Shown here piece after piece: positions 1 to 8,536 of a stretch of 64,000 bases of DNA. How positions within the stretch are numbered: the stretch's first letter is position 1; each line of letters starts with the position of its first letter. Made by a program: the position numbers and the translations under genes. The notes below the pieces were generated by a model. That model saw only the letters and a program-made list of their open reading frames with translations, had not been told where the DNA came from and made no database searches. Origin of the DNA: a virus; the IMG/VR virus record IMGVR_UViG_3300032053_000041, positions 12,229 through 76,228 of that record; one strand, 5' to 3'.

Positions 1-51
1 CAAGTATCAATCTGATCTGGCTTCGAGTCACGGACGGCTTCGTGAACGATC

Positions 52-795
52 TCACTGGGAAGCCCTCCTCTTCTTCATCTTGCACATCGCTGGATCGCCG
101 TGGATGGTCCCCGTCACGAGGTTCCCACCAAGGGGCTGACCGGCCTCGATGATGGTCTGGCACCGGCAGCAGGGTAACGAAAATTTCGACGTGATGATGT
201 TCCCGTACTTCGAGGGGTGCCCCCCGTCGTCGGCGTACCGCATCTGCGGCCACTTGCCCTTGCCGGCGAAGTCGGGTGCCGGGTCGCGCCGGTAGTCCCC
301 TGCCCCGCGCTGCGGCTCGGGCTCGCGCCGCAGGTCGTAGCACGAGCGCAGGTCCGCCTGCGGCACCACGAAGCACGGCGGCCCCGCCGTCTCCTCCGCG
401 TTCCAGTACATGCTCCTCTTCGCGTCGCGACCGAGGAGCCAGCCGACGATCACGAACACCGGACTGTCGCGGTCGATGACCAGGACGAACACGTCGTCGT
501 CCAGATCATCCTCGTGCACATGTAGCCCGTCCGTCGCGAAGTGCTCCACGCGCACATGCAGTCCGGAAACGGTGAGGCTGAGCTTCCGCCAGACCTTCCA
601 CTCGCTCACGCTCTTGAACTCGCCGGACCACTCGCGGTTCATGGCGAGGGCGACAGCCTGCTCGGCGCAGGCTGTCTGTACGTCGAGCACCTCTGGCGTC
701 GTGGGGTTCCCTCGCGCTGCATGGCGCTCCCGCCCGATGAGAGTCGCGCGTGCGATCTTCTCGGGCGGGAGCTTCCCCTTCATGCGGCGGGCCAC
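52..795 (-). CDS. hypothetical phage protein
   Basis: 247-aa ORF, coupled to upstream ORF, C-terminal CxxC; no recognised family. Confidence 0.6.
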   Translation of the reverse strand: MARRMKGKLPPEKIARATLIGRERHAARGNPTTPEVLDVQTACAEQAVALAMNREWSGEFKSVSEWKVWRKLSLTVSGLHVRVEHFATDGLHVHEDDLDDDVFVLVIDRDSPVFVIVGWLLGRDAKRSMYWNAEETAGPPCFVVPQADLRSCYDLRREPEPQRGAGDYRRDPAPDFAGKGKWPQMRYADDGGHPSKYGNIITSKFSLPCCRCQTIIEAGQPLGGNLVTGTIHGDPAMCKMKKRRASQ

Positions 796-1205
796 TACTC
801 GATCACTTCACCGGTGCGCCGGTCGATGCTGCTCACTGCGCGCTGGTCCTCTTCCTCGGTTGGGCGCTGAGCAGCGGGCTGCGTCTCACTTGCCGCCGGC
901 ACTGCCGCAAGGGTTGTGCGCCGCCGTCTCTTTTGTAGCGAGACAGGTTTCGCTTCCTCGTGCGGCTGCACGAGCCCGCCGTCGTCTCGTTGTCGCTCTG
1001 TCGCTGACTCCGGAAACACGACTGGCATCTGGTGAATGAGCGCCCGCAGAGCTTCGGGAGGAAGCCTCACCTCGCACACAAGCTCCCCATCCGGATCGAG
1101 GTGGCGCAGGGTCGCTTCTCCATCCACAGATTTGGAAAGCTCGAATCGGTCCCGAGACAAACCCGTCACTTGAGCAATAAATGAAATCTTGTATGTCATC
1201 GTCAT
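795..1205 (-). CDS. hypothetical protein
   Basis: 136-aa ORF with purine-rich RBS, stop overlaps next start. Confidence 0.6.
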   Translation of the reverse strand: MTMTYKISFIAQVTGLSRDRFELSKSVDGEATLRHLDPDGELVCEVRLPPEALRALIHQMPVVFPESATERQRDDGGLVQPHEEAKPVSLQKRRRRTTLAAVPAASETQPAAQRPTEEEDQRAVSSIDRRTGEVIE

Positions 1206-1214
1206 CTTCCTTTT

Positions 1215-1877
1215 CTAAAGACCGCTCGGTGCCGTGCTCATAAGCTCGGCGTAGTCGAATTTCTTTCCGAGCGCGTCGCTGATGGTCACGCTCTTGGTAT
1301 CGTCGAGTCGAAGCAAAGTTCCGTTGTAGATGAGCGCGTGCTTCGGGACCGTGACCTCGCCGCGAGCGACCGACTTGCCTAGATCGGTGATCCGGTAGAA
1401 GCCGGTGCGCGAAGAGCCGTCGTCGCGCACTCCTTCTCGCTCTTCCAGAAGTCCCCACGCGACGAGCTTCGCCCAGTCCCCTCCTCGTGTCGTCGGACCG
1501 AGCTTGCAGACGCGGGACAAGTAGTCCGGGACATGAAAGTACTCCGAGCCACCTTCCTCTGTCGGCCGCTTGTAGATCATCACGAGTGCGTACGCCATCG
1601 AGGACGTGATGGTGCGCGCGTACACTTTGGCGAACTGCGTGCAGCACGGGCAGCTAGCTCCGTCCTGGACATGCGCCGTCAGCCACTGGCGCGCGTAGGA
1701 GAGCGTGACCGCGTCGAGAGATAATCCGAACTCGGTCCGCCTGAACCCGTCGTTACCTTCACGGAAGGTGACGAGCGGCATCTCGATCCCCACCCATCTC
1801 ATCGCGCGGATCGCTAACCAGAGTTTTACTCTACGCCAGAGTCCGTTGTTCGTCTTCAGGTTCGATGGTACCGTCAT
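1215..1877 (-). CDS. hypothetical protein, possible winged-helix DNA-binding
   Basis: CPCC motif then 'LVAWGLLE...GFYRITDLG', reminiscent of a wHTH wing. Confidence 0.5.
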   Translation of the reverse strand: MTVPSNLKTNNGLWRRVKLWLAIRAMRWVGIEMPLVTFREGNDGFRRTEFGLSLDAVTLSYARQWLTAHVQDGASCPCCTQFAKVYARTITSSMAYALVMIYKRPTEEGGSEYFHVPDYLSRVCKLGPTTRGGDWAKLVAWGLLEEREGVRDDGSSRTGFYRITDLGKSVARGEVTVPKHALIYNGTLLRLDDTKSVTISDALGKKFDYAELMSTAPSGL

Positions 1878-2062
1878 CGTGTCTGCTCCTTCTAGGTGGT
1901 GGGTTCAGACATGCGGGCCGCTCCTTCATGCTCGGGGCGGCCCGCGACTTTGTGGACCGCAGGCTGCCTCCTGGCTAGCCATCCGTCAAGCAGCGGCAGG
2001 ACACGAAATGTCCAGGGTTCGGCAGCGACATGTGCCGTCAGATAGAGCAAAAAGCACCGGGC

Positions 2063-2091
2063 TTGACGGTAGCGGCTAGCTTGGCTATCAG
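2063..2091 (+). promoter_or_regulatory. possible sigma70-like promoter
   Basis: TTGACG-N17-TATCAG in divergent intergenic region upstream of ORF 2167. Confidence 0.35.
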
Positions 2092-2166
2092 TGCTAGCCA
2101 GAGCATGCCGCTAGCGGTGGTTGCCTCCAGCAACATAAGCCCCTAGCGGCATGCTCGCTCAGGCAC

Positions 2167-3117
2167 ATGCTCCACAAGTCCTCCCCTCTCCGTGTCTCGG
2201 TGCGTCCGGACTTCGAGTCGCTCCTCGACGTCGCGACGCCGGCAGACGCTCCGGCGCGCACGGAGGACGGACGCCCGTGGGTGCGCTGGGCGAAGTACGG
2301 CTCGTACTCGGGCTGGTACGCCGTCGGCGCTCGGAAGCCGAAGCTCGTGGGCAAGCCGACGTTCTGGGAGGCCGTCTACTCCGTGGCGTGCGCATGTGCC
2401 GGGGGGAACGTCGACCAGGCGCACTGTTACGGCCGGGGCGTGCTCGGTCTCGGCGGTCTCGGTGTCACGATGCGCTCGGGCTACGCGCAGCTGCTGCTCC
2501 ACTCGTGTCTCTTGTCGAACCCGGCGCGTTACGTCGAGATCATGGCCCCAGTGATCCACGAGACGGGCATGTACACGAAGCTCTCGGGGAAGAGCCCGAG
2601 CGGCATCGCGCTCTGTGCGCTCGGGAAGTACGCACTGGCCGAGGACCAGATGCGCGCCCTCGTGATGATGGGCTCCGACGGGATGACCTGGACGACCGCG
2701 CAGAAGAAGCGGGCGAAGGTCTGGGTCTCGTGCTGTTCGGAGCTTCTGCGAGACGAAGCGATGGACAGGGCACAGCAGGCGTTCGCCGAGGAGGTGATGC
2801 CGGCACTCCTGACGGACGTGACGAAGGAGGCGATCAAGTGGCCGCGTCAGGGTCCGCGCGACTGGTGGCAGTACACGCACGAGCAGCAGATGCTCTGGGC
2901 GCTCACGCTTGTGCTGGTGCTGGAGGACGAGGAGCAGACGGAGCGCCTCGTGAGCGCTGCGCGGGCCGGGGCGCACGGGGACGAGGACTTCTCGGCGGCG
3001 GCCGTCCTGCGTGCTATCGCCGTTGAAGTGAACGAGCCCGGCTACGACGACATGTTCCGCGAGCGATGCTGGATGGCGGCGAAGAACCTGACGAGCCTGC
3101 TGGGGGTGACGCTGTGA
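2167..3117 (+). CDS. hypothetical protein
   Basis: 316-aa ORF with high GC3 codon pattern, TGATG coupling to next gene. Confidence 0.7.
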   Translation: MLHKSSPLRVSVRPDFESLLDVATPADAPARTEDGRPWVRWAKYGSYSGWYAVGARKPKLVGKPTFWEAVYSVACACAGGNVDQAHCYGRGVLGLGGLGVTMRSGYAQLLLHSCLLSNPARYVEIMAPVIHETGMYTKLSGKSPSGIALCALGKYALAEDQMRALVMMGSDGMTWTTAQKKRAKVWVSCCSELLRDEAMDRAQQAFAEEVMPALLTDVTKEAIKWPRQGPRDWWQYTHEQQMLWALTLVLVLEDEEQTERLVSAARAGAHGDEDFSAAAVLRAIAVEVNEPGYDDMFRERCWMAAKNLTSLLGVTL

Positions 3118-3551
3118 TGGCGCAGCCTACGGTGTGGCAGGACAATCACGGGTATGCCCAGCCCGCGCCGCGCCTCCAATGGGCGACGCACGCCTGTGCG
3201 TTCGACGTCGGTAAAGAACGCGCCTCATGGCTTCTTCAGCCGTACCAACAATTCCGTCCGAAGTATTTCCTGATCTCGACGCCGGGCTTCGTCGTCAACT
3301 CGCTCGATATGAACCGCGCTTACCGGCTGCTCAACGAGGTCGATGGAGACCTATATCTCGTGAGCGAATGGGATCGGCTGGAGCGCGAGTCGCAGCTGGA
3401 GCGGGTGCGTCTGCCGGGGTTCACGCTGAAACCCAGCGATCAGCTGAACCTGCAGGTGACGCTGCGGAACGCCGCGAATCTGGCACCAGGCAGGACAGTG
3501 CGGTTCAGCGCGATGATCGTCGGCGAAGAACTCGTGCAGGGGCCGTACTGA
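3117..3551 (+). CDS. beta-rich protein, possibly single jelly-roll-like
   Basis: start at ATG 3117; alternating hydrophobic strands (FRPKYFLI, FVVNSL, LNLQVTL, VRFSAMIVG). Confidence 0.4.
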   Translation: MAQPTVWQDNHGYAQPAPRLQWATHACAFDVGKERASWLLQPYQQFRPKYFLISTPGFVVNSLDMNRAYRLLNEVDGDLYLVSEWDRLERESQLERVRLPGFTLKPSDQLNLQVTLRNAANLAPGRTVRFSAMIVGEELVQGPY

Positions 3552-3721
3552 TGGCGCGGCTTATCGGTGTGCGCGCACGGGACTGGCGGGGGATCTGGCG
3601 CTGGCATCCGGCACCGCAGCCACTGGGACACATACCGTACGAATTGAAGCAGTGCCTCAACGCCATCGGGCTCGTGGCGCTGATGGCGGTCATTACGGAG
3701 GCTCTCGAAGGAGACAGATGA
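3551..3721 (+). CDS. small hypothetical protein
   Basis: coupled on both sides (TGATG / ATGA). Confidence 0.45.
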   Translation: MARLIGVRARDWRGIWRWHPAPQPLGHIPYELKQCLNAIGLVALMAVITEALEGDR

Positions 3722-4413
3722 ACAAGGACAAGCACCAGGCAGCGATCGACGCTCTCTCGGAACTCATGCGGAGTGAACTCGACGGCGACATGCGCGGGAG
3801 GTTCGCGTGCGTGAACCGGCTAGCTGTGCTCGCGCAGAAGCTCCAGGTCGAGATGAACCCGCGCCCCGAGGACATGGACGAGCGCGAGCAGGATGCGTAC
3901 GGCATAAACGTCATGGACCACGGCATCGTCAGGGGCGGCGGAGCTATGGGCGCAGCCATGTACGGTGGCGACCAGGCGCAGATGGCCCGCGAGATGCTCG
4001 CGATGATCGGCCCCGCGATGGGCGGCCTCCATAGCAACAACGAAGCGAAGAAGCGGGAGTCGATGGCTCGGGAACTGAACGAGCTACTCACGGCCAGGCG
4101 CATGCTGCAGATCGATCAGCAGCCAGACGCCGACGCTGTGGCAAAACTCACGAAACGGATCAACGCGCTCACGGATCTGGTGAGCCAGGAAGAAGAACAG
4201 GAGAATCCCCATGCACAAGCCCCAGAACTTCACGTGGTACCTGCCGTCGATGTACGGCGACATCAAGCTGGAGAAGATCACGGACAAGTCGACGCGCCTC
4301 ACGCTCGTCGGGCTCTCCCCGACGGAGAAGGAGGCCGTGAAGGCGCTCTTCGCGCGGGCGGTGAAGCCGGGGGCCTTCAAGAAGGTGTGGACATCGGAGA
4401 CGGCGCTGCGTGA
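3718..4413 (+). CDS. hypothetical helical protein
   Basis: RBS GGAG before ATG 3718; 3' end overlaps next ORF by ~200 bp. Confidence 0.55.
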   Translation: MNKDKHQAAIDALSELMRSELDGDMRGRFACVNRLAVLAQKLQVEMNPRPEDMDEREQDAYGINVMDHGIVRGGGAMGAAMYGGDQAQMAREMLAMIGPAMGGLHSNNEAKKRESMARELNELLTARRMLQIDQQPDADAVAKLTKRINALTDLVSQEEEQENPHAQAPELHVVPAVDVRRHQAGEDHGQVDAPHARRALPDGEGGREGALRAGGEAGGLQEGVDIGDGAA

Positions 4414-5071
4414 CGTCGATCTCGGTTCCCTGAAGGAGCAGATGCTCTCGCTCGACGCGCCGATCTCGCAGGTGCAGGACTTCCTGCAGAAGAAGCTGAA
4501 GCCGCACCGGAAGCAGGTGTCCGTGGTGCGCTTCGCAAGCGGGCGTCTCGAAGAGCTTTCCGAGGCGACGCTGCAGGTCATCGACGGCACCGCGGAGGAT
4601 GTGCCTGGGACGGTCGTGGAGGCTCAGGCGGTGGAGCCGGTCGTGGAGAAGAAGGAGAAGCCGGCACCCAGGAAGGAGGACAAGCCCGCGGTGGCGGCGA
4701 CGGTGGGGCAGCCGGCGCTCGGGTGCCCGGTACCGGAGTTCGACGAGGTCGAGATCCGGGCGACACGTGTCCTCAAAGCGTTCCTGACGCCGGAGCAGGT
4801 GGAGGACTTCGACCGGAGGCAGCAGTTCGTGGCCGTCGGCGCGGACACAGGCCACAGGTACCTGCTCACGTCGCGGCAGTCGCGGCACGCCTTCGAGCGG
4901 GCGAGCTTCCGATCGCTCTACGACATGGATGAGAGGCAGGCGCTCTGCGTACATGACTGGGAGGTCCCCGCGGCCGAGGAGCTTCTTGGGCTTTATCTGC
5001 ATGTGTCCCTGCCGGGACTGGAGGGCTTCGTTCGGTCCATGCCGGACCGAGACGGGGTGCTGCACCGGTGA
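4211..5071 (+). CDS. hypothetical protein
   Basis: 286 aa, RBS GGAG, strong coding bias. Confidence 0.7.
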   Translation: MHKPQNFTWYLPSMYGDIKLEKITDKSTRLTLVGLSPTEKEAVKALFARAVKPGAFKKVWTSETALRDVDLGSLKEQMLSLDAPISQVQDFLQKKLKPHRKQVSVVRFASGRLEELSEATLQVIDGTAEDVPGTVVEAQAVEPVVEKKEKPAPRKEDKPAVAATVGQPALGCPVPEFDEVEIRATRVLKAFLTPEQVEDFDRRQQFVAVGADTGHRYLLTSRQSRHAFERASFRSLYDMDERQALCVHDWEVPAAEELLGLYLHVSLPGLEGFVRSMPDRDGVLHR

Positions 5072-5445
5072 GCGACGAATCCGTCCCGCAGATGTTGCAC
5101 AATGCCCTCGCGCTGCTCAATCGCGAGTTTCCAGCCGCCAAGCTCGTCGAGGTCCGCTTGGAGTTCCGTAGCGGTGAGCGTCACGGCGCGACGTACGGCT
5201 GCGCACAAAACTGGACCAACGAACCGACCTGGACGCTACAGGTCAATAACGACCGCGAGTCCCATTCTGTGCTGAGTGAAGCGCTCGCCGTGCTTCGGGT
5301 AAAGCTCGCTCGCAAGGCGCAGGTGCCTGGGCTCGCCGATCGCGTCGCGACCATCCTTCGCGAGATCCCGGACGAGGGGTTCGAGAGGAATGACGTGCTC
5401 ATGGCCGCGCAGGTGATGCTGGAGAAGGAGCGCAGCGGACGATGA
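5068..5445 (+). CDS. hypothetical protein
   Basis: GTGA overlap with previous gene. Confidence 0.55.
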   Translation: MSDESVPQMLHNALALLNREFPAAKLVEVRLEFRSGERHGATYGCAQNWTNEPTWTLQVNNDRESHSVLSEALAVLRVKLARKAQVPGLADRVATILREIPDEGFERNDVLMAAQVMLEKERSGR

Positions 5446-5688
5446 ACCGAGAGTCGCTGGTCGTCGCTGGTTGTCTTCTCCTCTGCTGGTTCTTTGGCTT
5501 CGCGTGCGGAAAGGCGTAGGTGGCTGGAATGAAGCCCGACGCGGAACAGATTACGGAGCCGGTGACTATCACGCCGCCCGAGCCACCTTGGGTCGAGCCG
5601 TGCATGGCGTGCTCGCGGCCCATGCGATGCGACAAAGGACCGTCTGCGCTCTGGTGCTGGCGTTGCCGTTGTCGCTCGTGGCTAGGTG

Positions 5689-5724
5689 TCAGAGTCAGGA
5701 GCACACTCAGAGTCAGGAGCACAC
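5689..5724 (+). repeat. 18-bp perfect tandem duplication TCAGAGTCAGGAGCACAC x2
   Basis: read directly; lies 1 bp before the first RTGAAGCA site. Confidence 0.9.
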
Positions 5725-5725
5725 G

Positions 5726-6019
5726 ATGAAGCAAGGCACTCAGTCGGATAATTCAGGGGCGAGCTACCTGGATACGGAGAACGGCACGGTGCAGAACCTC
5801 GTCTACTGGCTCCGCGATCCGCTGGACGAGGAGACGCTGGCGGTGCTGTGCAGAGTAGAGCGCGGCACCCAGGGATTCAGGCGCGATCGGTTGAACGTGG
5901 CGTACCTTGTGAGCCGCGACTGCATCACGGCCGACTGCAACGCCGAGACGCTCGCGATCACGCCTACCGGTAGGGATGCTCTGGCATATTTCGGTGGAGA
6001 GAACAGGGCTCGTAGATGA
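5726..6019 (+). CDS. cassette 1 ORF, hypothetical
   Basis: starts MKQ in the site at 5726 and stops at the TGA of the site at 6016. Confidence 0.5.
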   Translation: MKQGTQSDNSGASYLDTENGTVQNLVYWLRDPLDEETLAVLCRVERGTQGFRRDRLNVAYLVSRDCITADCNAETLAITPTGRDALAYFGGENRARR

Positions 6020-6059
6020 AGCACGGTTGCACGGTAGATCCAACGGAACGGAGCATGTG

Positions 6060-6476
6060 ATGGCAGATCCCAAAGAGAACGCGCCGGTCGATTCTGAAGC
6101 GGTGGACCCGGGAACCCTGACGCTCTACCGGGCGCAGAGCGAGCAGCCGTGGACGGTGCCATATGGAAAGAACAAGTGGTGGGTGGTGAGCGAAGAGGGC
6201 CGTCTGAAGCACTGCCTGTCGCACGCTCAGAAGACGCTCGGGAAGATCGCTGCCATCGTCGAGAGCTTGGACCACGCGGACCGAGGCTGGCTCACCGACG
6301 ATGAGTGCGATCAGGTGGGCGACATGGCTGCGGACCTCGTAACGGTCGCGCTACAGGTGGGCACGACGGTTTCGCGCAGCGTCGCTCACGCCCTCGTCCG
6401 TCGCGTCGTCGCTAAGAACGGCAAGCTGTTCGATCTGACCGGAGGAACCTATGGCCGTGCGCTCATCTGCAAGTGA
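6060..6476 (+). CDS. cassette 2 cargo, possible MazG-like NTP pyrophosphatase fold
   Basis: all-helical, 'DMAADLV' resembles the MazG ExxD helix; weak. Confidence 0.35.
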   Translation: MADPKENAPVDSEAVDPGTLTLYRAQSEQPWTVPYGKNKWWVVSEEGRLKHCLSHAQKTLGKIAAIVESLDHADRGWLTDDECDQVGDMAADLVTVALQVGTTVSRSVAHALVRRVVAKNGKLFDLTGGTYGRALICK

Positions 6477-6563
6477 ACCGAAGGTGAGCGGGACACGTTC
6501 AGCGGACTCCCGCTCGGCAATGAAGCACGGATGCACGGCAGACCACGCGGAACGGAGCATGTG

Positions 6564-6935
6564 ATGGCAGATCCAAACGAGATGGGTACGGAGTCGGTGG
6601 TTTCCGGAGCCGCGGGGCCGGTCGATTCTGACGAGCCAAAGTCGCTGTGGACCGTTGTTGGGCTGTACGAACGGGGCAAGTACAACCGAGACACGTTCGT
6701 TTGCTACCTGAGCGGAATCACCGCGGAAGAAGCAAAGCGTTTTGCCGAAGAGGGCAACGCGGCACGTGGTGACAAGATAGAAGTGCTAGCGTGCGTCGCA
6801 GGGGGCGGTGTCGCTCACGTGTTTCAGCGTGCGGCCAGCCGATGCACATGCACGCCGTACAACCCGGAGCATGATTGTCCTGAGCACGGTCTTCAGGTGA
6901 GCGGGACTGAGAACGGATCGGAGGCTCGCAGATGA
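6564..6935 (+). CDS. cassette 3 cargo, hypothetical with C-terminal CxC...CxxH
   Basis: N-terminus similar to cassette 2 (MADP...PVDS); stops in site 6932. Confidence 0.5.
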   Translation: MADPNEMGTESVVSGAAGPVDSDEPKSLWTVVGLYERGKYNRDTFVCYLSGITAEEAKRFAEEGNAARGDKIEVLACVAGGGVAHVFQRAASRCTCTPYNPEHDCPEHGLQVSGTENGSEARR

Positions 6936-6987
6936 AGCATCCCCGAATCAGAAACCGTGCTCAGCGGAGCACGAGAGAGGCAATCCG

Positions 6988-7224
6988 GTGACCTCGGAAC
7001 GATCGGCGCGCGCGCTCAAGTGGCTCGACGATAGGTACGAGACTCGTTCCGCAGAGGAGCGACAAGCGATACTTCGGTTGGAGCCTGCTATCTTGGCGAT
7101 GTTGGTTGGGCATCATGCGCTAGGGGGCTTCGCCAGTGATGAAGCTCCAGCCATGGTCAACATAGTTCGTATCTGGTTGGAAACGAAGGTGAGCGCATCC
7201 GAAAAGACCCCGGTGCAACCGTGA
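6988..7224 (+). CDS. cassette 4 cargo, hypothetical
   Basis: coupled to a 19-aa leader ORF, stops in site 7221. Confidence 0.45.
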   Translation: MTSERSARALKWLDDRYETRSAEERQAILRLEPAILAMLVGHHALGGFASDEAPAMVNIVRIWLETKVSASEKTPVQP

Positions 7225-7424
7225 AGCAATCGAAGAAACTGATTGAGGTACACTCAGATCCGCGAACCTGTCTCTGCGGATGGGTCAGACCGGTGCGAGC
7301 CGGGTTCGCAAAAGACGAGATGGGAAACGAACCGATCGAGGTTCCAGAAAAACGGTTCTACTTTCTCTATGACTGCCCGCAGTGCGGCGCGCGGTGGAAC
7401 ATGCTTCTGGAACGGGTGGATTAG
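7221..7424 (+). CDS. cassette 5, small Zn-ribbon protein (copy 1)
   Basis: CxC...CPQC; near-identical copy at 8324. Confidence 0.6.
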   Translation: MKQSKKLIEVHSDPRTCLCGWVRPVRAGFAKDEMGNEPIEVPEKRFYFLYDCPQCGARWNMLLERVD

Positions 7425-7482
7425 GGAGCAACCGTGAAGCAACGTGTGTCGGAAACTACCCCAACAAGAAAGAGGCGATTCG

Positions 7483-7809
7483 TTGACCAAGAATCCGTTG
7501 TCGAAGCTCTACGGTGAGTGCCTCGTTGATCGAGCCGGCTCCCTTGAGGCTCGGGGGAAGGATCTTTTGATGAGTGAAGTTCGTGAGCGGGCGTTCGCGG
7601 AGTTCCTACGCCGCCATAACGATACGCTCGTAGCACTGGTGGCGACGCTCCCGAAGTGCGCTCGGGGCTGTCGCCGTCTGGCTACCACGACGGACGGTGA
7701 CGGGACGTACCACTGCGATCCTCATCGACCGCCGCGTGAACTTACGGTCAGCGTGGACCTGCCGTGGGCGAAGCTAGTTCGGGAAGAAAAGATTCCGGTG
7801 CAACCGTGA
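7483..7809 (+). CDS. cassette 6 cargo, Cys/His-containing hypothetical
   Basis: start uncertain (TTG 7483 or ATG 7569); stops in site 7806. Confidence 0.45.
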   Translation: MTKNPLSKLYGECLVDRAGSLEARGKDLLMSEVRERAFAEFLRRHNDTLVALVATLPKCARGCRRLATTTDGDGTYHCDPHRPPRELTVSVDLPWAKLVREEKIPVQP

Positions 7810-7928
7810 AGCATCTTGCAGACTGGATTCTTGACCAAGCCTCGCTGCTCGTGCCGTGCCTGTTCGCCGGGGCGTTCGTCGCTCTGATAGGTGGCGAGGT
7901 GTACGACCGAATCAGGGAGCAACCGTGA
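7806..7928 (+). CDS. cassette 7, 40-aa membrane peptide
   Basis: MKHLADWILDQASLLVPCLFAGAFVALIGGEVYDRIREQP, runs site-to-site. Confidence 0.45.
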   Translation: MKHLADWILDQASLLVPCLFAGAFVALIGGEVYDRIREQP

Positions 7929-7980
7929 AGCAGCAGGTACCGGCTGTCCGCAACGACCCCGACACGAAGGAGACAATCCG

Positions 7981-8148
7981 ATGAACCAGAAAACGAAGAA
8001 GTGCCGCGAAGAGCACCCGATCCTCTGCATCGACCCGGCGGGCGAGATTCCTCTTCGGTGCGGACTCCCGAAGGGCCACGGGGGGCTGCACGAGGACGAG
8101 CGAGAAACGGATGGCGCGAAGCCAGAGAAGACGGAGCCCGCGCCGTGA
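7981..8148 (+). CDS. cassette 8 cargo, small C/H-rich protein
   Basis: RBS GGAG, CGLPKGHGGLH motif, stops in site 8145. Confidence 0.45.
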   Translation: MNQKTKKCREEHPILCIDPAGEIPLRCGLPKGHGGLHEDERETDGAKPEKTEPAP

Positions 8149-8327
8149 AGCATCCTCGCCCCACCATCTCGGAACCCGCAGTTCTGAACTACGTGGTCTT
8201 TCACGCCGCCGATTGCCGCCGACTGCTCGACAAGTGGTGCCCGTGCGGCTGCGGAGCCGAGCAGCGAGCGCGAGACGCTCTCTATCGAGCGGTGGACGGA
8301 TGCTCAGACACTAGGAGACAACCATGA
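8145..8327 (+). CDS. cassette 9, small Cys-rich protein
   Basis: MKH start in site 8145, HxxxC...CPCGC, stops in site 8324. Confidence 0.45.
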   Translation: MKHPRPTISEPAVLNYVVFHAADCRRLLDKWCPCGCGAEQRARDALYRAVDGCSDTRRQP

Positions 8328-8527
8328 AGCAACCGAAGATACTGATTGAGGTACACTCAGATCCGCGAACCTGTCTCTGCGGATGGGTCCGACCGGTGCG
8401 AGCCGGGTTCGCAAAAGACGAGATGGGAAACGAACCGATCGAGGTTCCAGAGACACGGTTCTATTTTCTCTATGACTGCCCGCAGTGCGGCGCTCGGTGG
8501 AACATGCTTCTGGAACGGGTGGATTAG
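8324..8527 (+). CDS. cassette 10, small Zn-ribbon protein (copy 2)
   Basis: paralog of 7221..7424 with 3 aa differences. Confidence 0.6.
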   Translation: MKQPKILIEVHSDPRTCLCGWVRPVRAGFAKDEMGNEPIEVPETRFYFLYDCPQCGARWNMLLERVD

Positions 8528-8536
8528 GCGGCACCC

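Noticed and set aside
2167-3117. Degenerate lysozyme-like fold
   Set aside because: Resemblance is too faint and there is no catalytic Glu motif.
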